64,000 bases of DNA from Camelus ferus (Eukaryota), in assembly GCF_009834535.1 (NCBI RefSeq), contig NC_045705.1, positions 19,406,001-19,470,000 on the forward strand. The letters are read 5' to 3'. This document shows positions 59,825 through 64,000 of this stretch, piece by piece; the stretch's first letter is position 1, and every line of letters starts with the position of its first letter. The position numbers and the translations under genes are program-made. The notes beneath the pieces are model-generated. The model worked only from the letters and a program-made list of their open reading frames with translations. It was not told where the DNA came from and did not search any database.

Positions 59825-60106
59825 NNNNNNNNNNNNNNNNNNNNNNNNNNNNNNNNNNNNNNNNNNNNNNNNNNNNNNNNNNNNNNNNNNNNNNNNNNNN
59901 NNNNNNNNNNNNNNNNNNNNNNNNNNNNNNNNNNNNNNNNNNNNNNNNNNNNNNNNNNNNNNNNNNGCAGAGGGCTTGGCTCACAGTGGGTGCTCGACAA
60001 ATGTTTGTGGATGAATAAATGAATGAATGAATGAATGAGTACGTGGATATCCTTTACTTCCTCACTATAGGGGCATTTCTGTCTGTAAAACCAAATCTCT
60101 TGTTTG

Positions 60107-60658
60107 TGTTTTAAAATGTAGGTTTTATTATTTTTCAGGTATGTGAAAACAACAGATCAGGAGATGATAGCTGTTGAAAAGATAGTCTGTTACACTTATC
60201 GACCCAGGAGAAGAGAGCACACCATGCTATGGGGGGCCACACAGGGAAGCACCAGGGCTGGTCAGAGGCAGAAAGATCGAGGGGAAAATGTGGGCAAGAG
60301 TCTTTCCATGGGAGAACAGGCAGAGCATAGTAAACAAACTTAGGATTGGCTAGTTTGGGTAATTCTGCAAGTTCTGGGGCTTGCAAAAAAGAAAAAATTA
60401 GAGGCTGTCCCTAGTGTTCGGTACCTGAGCCTGGGGTGATTAGGAGAATAGTGACCCCAGATGTGAGTGCTCCTTAAATGAGGTGGTTGGAGGTAAGGGC
60501 TGTGCATGGTTGGTTTGCATTTGAAAAGTGTATGTGCGGTTGAGTCCTTTACTCTCTCGGGGAATTGTCCAACCCTAGGAGGGACAGTCCTTCCAGGGCC
60601 TTCTAGGCTCAAGATGTCAAAGCATCAAATACAGAAACTGGAAAACATGGTCATTACA
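60107..60658 (-). mobile_element. MER74-like ERVL solo LTR
   Basis: tgttttaaaatgtaggttttattatt...ttaggattggctagtttg...aagatgtcaaagcatca...aacatggtcattaca; TSD gtttg/ttttg. Confidence 0.75.
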
Positions 60659-61839
60659 TTTTGGCGCTCAGGGAACCCGCCCCTCTGGGGCACTTGGAGA
60701 CTGAGCTGTGACTACTGGGAACTTTCATGGCCTGCATTTTCAAGACTTGCCGAGATCATGTTTTGTCATGACACTACCCTTTTTCATGCCAATTTTATTA
60801 TTTCACTCATTCATTCACTCATGTAGTGACACTATGAGCCAGGAGCTGTGTCAGACAAGCCCTGGCAACTTGGTCAGAGCAAGAGCCTCGGAGTCAAGTA
60901 AAATCCTGCCTGCGTGGTTAGTGCTCTAGTGACTCCCAAAGTGCAATGATCTCCGGAGGCTCCCTGCCCTCCCCTGGTCTCCAGATAGGTCAGAAGGCCC
61001 CTTGACACCAAGCTTAGCGACATCCATGCAGGCAGTTTCATTTCCTGTAAGGAAGAGTTCCTCTTAATCAAAGAGAGGCTTTTCCTCAGTCTGAAAGCTT
61101 TGTCTTTTTTGTGACTTTCAAGGTCAACTTGCAGATCAGCACTTTAATAACAGTGTTCTTAGGGACAAGGCTGTGACTTTAAATAGTGTGAAGACCCCAG
61201 TGACTGGACTCACAGGGGCGATCTGAACATTGACCATGAGTTTTCAAATGGCCTTGGGAAGTGCAGCATGATTTTAGGAGAGATTTCCAATTAACCTGGG
61301 CTGTCCAAAGCAGCTCTGTGCCTGGGAAAGAGAATGCATTAGGATTTTCCAAAGGACTTTATCTCCTGAAACAGAAAACATAAATGGTAGTGGGAAAAAA
61401 ATCAAAGTTACTGAATATGGAAATCACCACTTTGGGGTTTAAGAAAACCACATCCTGCTAACTCCCTGCTATGTGAGGGAGCTTTCAGAGGTAATGAGGC
61501 AAGTTTCAGAGTGTCAAATGTCTGCCTTGCTTTATACTTATGTGAACTCTCATCCCGGTCCTCCTGCTGGTAGGGTACAGGCTCAGCCCAGCAGAGATGG
61601 TGTCTGACATCTCCTCCCAGTCCCCTGCGGAAAGCCTTGCACACAGCAGGCACTTAATGCACTCTGGTGAGATGGAACTGAAGAGAAAAGACTCCCCAGG
61701 CAGGCATAGGGATACAAAAGGGCTCTCCCTCTTGTCTGCTCCTTGCTCTGAATTGGAGGCAAAGCAGCCTGTCTGAGGCCAGGGGTCTGGCTTCCTCTCT
61801 CTGGTTGGGGGAAGGAAACCAGCTTACACTGAGCCCTTA

Positions 61840-61960
61840 CCATGTGCCTGGCCCTGCAGTAGACAACTTACAGCACCATTTCATCAATCCTCCCAATAAC
61901 CCCCTGCAATTCTTATTATTATCCCATTTTACAGGTGGCAAAATGGAGGCATTGGAGAAC
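61840..61960 (-). mobile_element. MIR
   Basis: attattatcccattttacaggtggcaaaatggagg. Confidence 0.65.
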
Positions 61961-62259
61961 AAGGTCTCCTGAGGGGTTTTCATTTGAAAGGTTTCCAAGA
62001 TCCCATTGGACCACTTCACCAGCCTGGAGAAGTCATCGTCACTGAAGTGTTGGACAGTCACACAGGGATACTGCCTCCAGAAAAGCTTTGGTTTTATCAA
62101 GCAGACTAAGAAGGGAGAGACCTTTCAGCCCATCAACCCAAGGACCCATTTATTGGATTAACTAAACTGATCCCTTGGAGAGAGTAGAACAAGTCCTAAG
62201 GGTTGTATAAGTGGGGCTGACCCAGGAGTCACTCTCCCCCCACTTCCTTCTCCACTGGC

Positions 62260-62700
62260 AGAGCCCACCCCCATTCATAGTTGAGGCAGAAAATTCCAAC
62301 AGCTCACCTCCCCAGCATCTTTTGCACCTAGTGGTGCCCTATGACTAGCTCTGGTCAAGGAGGTGTAAAGTGAGATCTCCTGAGGGGCTTCTGAGTAAGA
62401 TTTCCTCCCTGATAAAGAGAGTGACCCTCAAGGAAAGCTCTCTTTCTTCCTTCAGCTTTTTCATGATGTCAACAATATCATGTCATGATGGGATATCTTG
62501 ACTATTTTTTTTATTATGAGCAACCAAATATATTTATGTCCTAGGATGGAAGCATAGTTGGATGAATTCTTAGTGACATCATTAGAGACAGAATCACTTG
62601 TCTCCAGACTTCCTGTTTCGGTGAGATGATGAAGTGCCTTTGCTGCTGAAGGCATTGTTTGTTGAGTATTCTGAGTTAAGTCTTCTGTTGAGCATCCTCT
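62260..62700 (+). mobile_element. MLT1(H/I/J)-like LTR
   Basis: ccctatgactagctctggtcaagg...ggggcttctgag...ccagacttcctgttt. Confidence 0.6.
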
Positions 62701-62852
62701 GAAAGCACTCTGACTTTTGAAACCATAGAGAAGGAAATATGGGCAGTGACAACTCCTGGGTAATAAGACTGTTGGGGTGGGGAGCCTGAGGGTAGGGAGA
62801 GGGCTGCAAGGTTCTGGTCAAGATCAGAGGCCTAGGCTGCTGAAGCAGAGGG

Positions 62853-63460
62853 TGACGAGGATGTCAAATTTTTAAAAATCTGGATTAAGTAAGGAGAGAT
62901 GTTATCTGAAAAGACTATTGCAATAAGGGGCGGTAGACCACTCTGACCATGAGGTTAGTAAGTCCTAATGGTCAGATAAAAAGAAATGTGATTTTATCAG
63001 GAGAAAATAAGGGTAAAAAGCTTCTATTGTGGGGGAACAGGACAGGAGTATCATGTGAGGGGACAGTTGATAAGGGTCAGCCAATTCTCTGGTCTTTGAA
63101 TTAAGGAAGATGGTTCCAAGTATTCCAATGCTCAAGAGTGGGCCAGAGTTCAGGAACCTAGAGGAAGACAAGAAGTCTAAGTGTGTCTAAGTCAAGTTTG
63201 TGGGCATTTTGTCCAGATCGGTCAGTGCAGACAAACAGTTCAGCTAATCATGTCTGAGACAAAGAACAGGAACGTGGAGGGTCTGTGTCTGGCCTTGTCA
63301 CAGGTTAACAAAGGGGTCATGGGTGAGCATTATTGAAGTCATGCAGGGAAGGATGGTTCTCTGCAGTGAGCCATCTCCTGGAACACAGAAGGGGCAGGGA
63401 GGGGGGAGTTTCTTCACTGTAACTGATTTCCATGAGCACAGGGCTTGGGAAATTTCAACA
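62853..63460 (-). mobile_element. Probable ERV solo LTR, family unassigned
   Basis: TG...CA-bounded block of about 600 bp with LTR-like texture; no TSD found, so boundaries are uncertain. Confidence 0.45.
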
Positions 63461-64000
63461 CTGTCAAGGAAGAAACAAAAGTTAAAATCAGACCTCAGGG
63501 CGGAGTTAAAGGGTCACTGATCCATCCAAAAGAATCAGTCCCCTCCCATGTGCCAGGCACTGTGTTAGTGGACCCAGGGGACCCAGCAATGATTCAGATA
63601 TGGTTCCCTGAAGGAGCTCAGCAGGGGAGGGCAGATGTGAACAGATACCTGCAGAAGGTATCGTGGCACCTGTAGTTGGCCCTTGCACTTTCCATGCACT
63701 CAGATTCGGTTTCCTTTGGGGACCACCGGAGCCTTGCTAACTGCCTACCCTGCAGCAGACCCATGTGCCCTGGGCACATTTGCAAAACCCCAGAGAATCA
63801 ACAGCAGAAAATGGAGGTTTCCAGAACACAAGTCTTGAGTCTCAAAGGTGTTTAAAAGGATTAAGCAATTCAATAGCAATCCCTGCAAAGAAGCCCTCTC
63901 AGAGCTGCTGGATCTTGATTTTGCTTCCTTCCTCTGAAGAGCATCTGGGAACCCTCACCTGAGTCCTTATACTTTAGCCTAGATGGGGGCAGGTATAGAG

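Noticed and set aside
60125-60144. Recursive-splice-like tttttcag|gtatgt
   Set aside because: It appears to be part of the MER74-like LTR terminus, and there is no independent support.
1-64000. Scattered AP-1 (TGASTCA) and STAT (TTCNNNGAA) motifs
   Set aside because: The numbers seen are near random expectation.
1-64000. CRISPR array, prokaryotic operon, rRNA, snRNA/snoRNA or pre-miRNA
   Set aside because: No repeat-spacer arrays, no dense coding sequence, and no recognisable structured-RNA gene or long hairpin; the sequence is typical eutherian non-coding DNA.

Overview
Mammalian non-coding DNA, most likely from a camelid (camel, alpaca or llama): two tRNA-Ala-derived vic-1-type SINEs with target-site duplications (TSDs) are present at 56.1 and 59.2 kb. 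It is a draft assembly with ten sized N-gaps of 132-278 nt. I found no protein-coding gene, true RNA gene or CRISPR array; the ORF track is explained by repeats, microsatellites, gaps or chance. Much of the window is recognisable transposon relics: many MIR and L2 fragments, MaLR/ERVL/ERV1 solo LTRs, hAT elements (MER3, MER5, MER53, MER58) and truncated L1 3' ends. Several insertions are nested with readable TSDs. The repeat-free islands look like enhancers or possible exons. L1 fragments are mostly on the minus strand and several exon-like units sit on the plus strand, weakly suggesting an intron of a plus-strand gene or lncRNA that I cannot name. The best leads are a 33-nt microexon-like/FOX-GATA CpG-rich element at 54.25 kb, a strong 90-nt exon candidate at 33.4 kb, a TATA box plus 4xRCGTG element at 29.2 kb, a 90-nt intron-like unit at 47.3 kb and a (TGGGG)9 G-quadruplex array at 32.7 kb. 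I do not see a clearly novel biological system. Repeat subfamily names are recalled from consensus sequences, and boundaries without TSDs are approximate.
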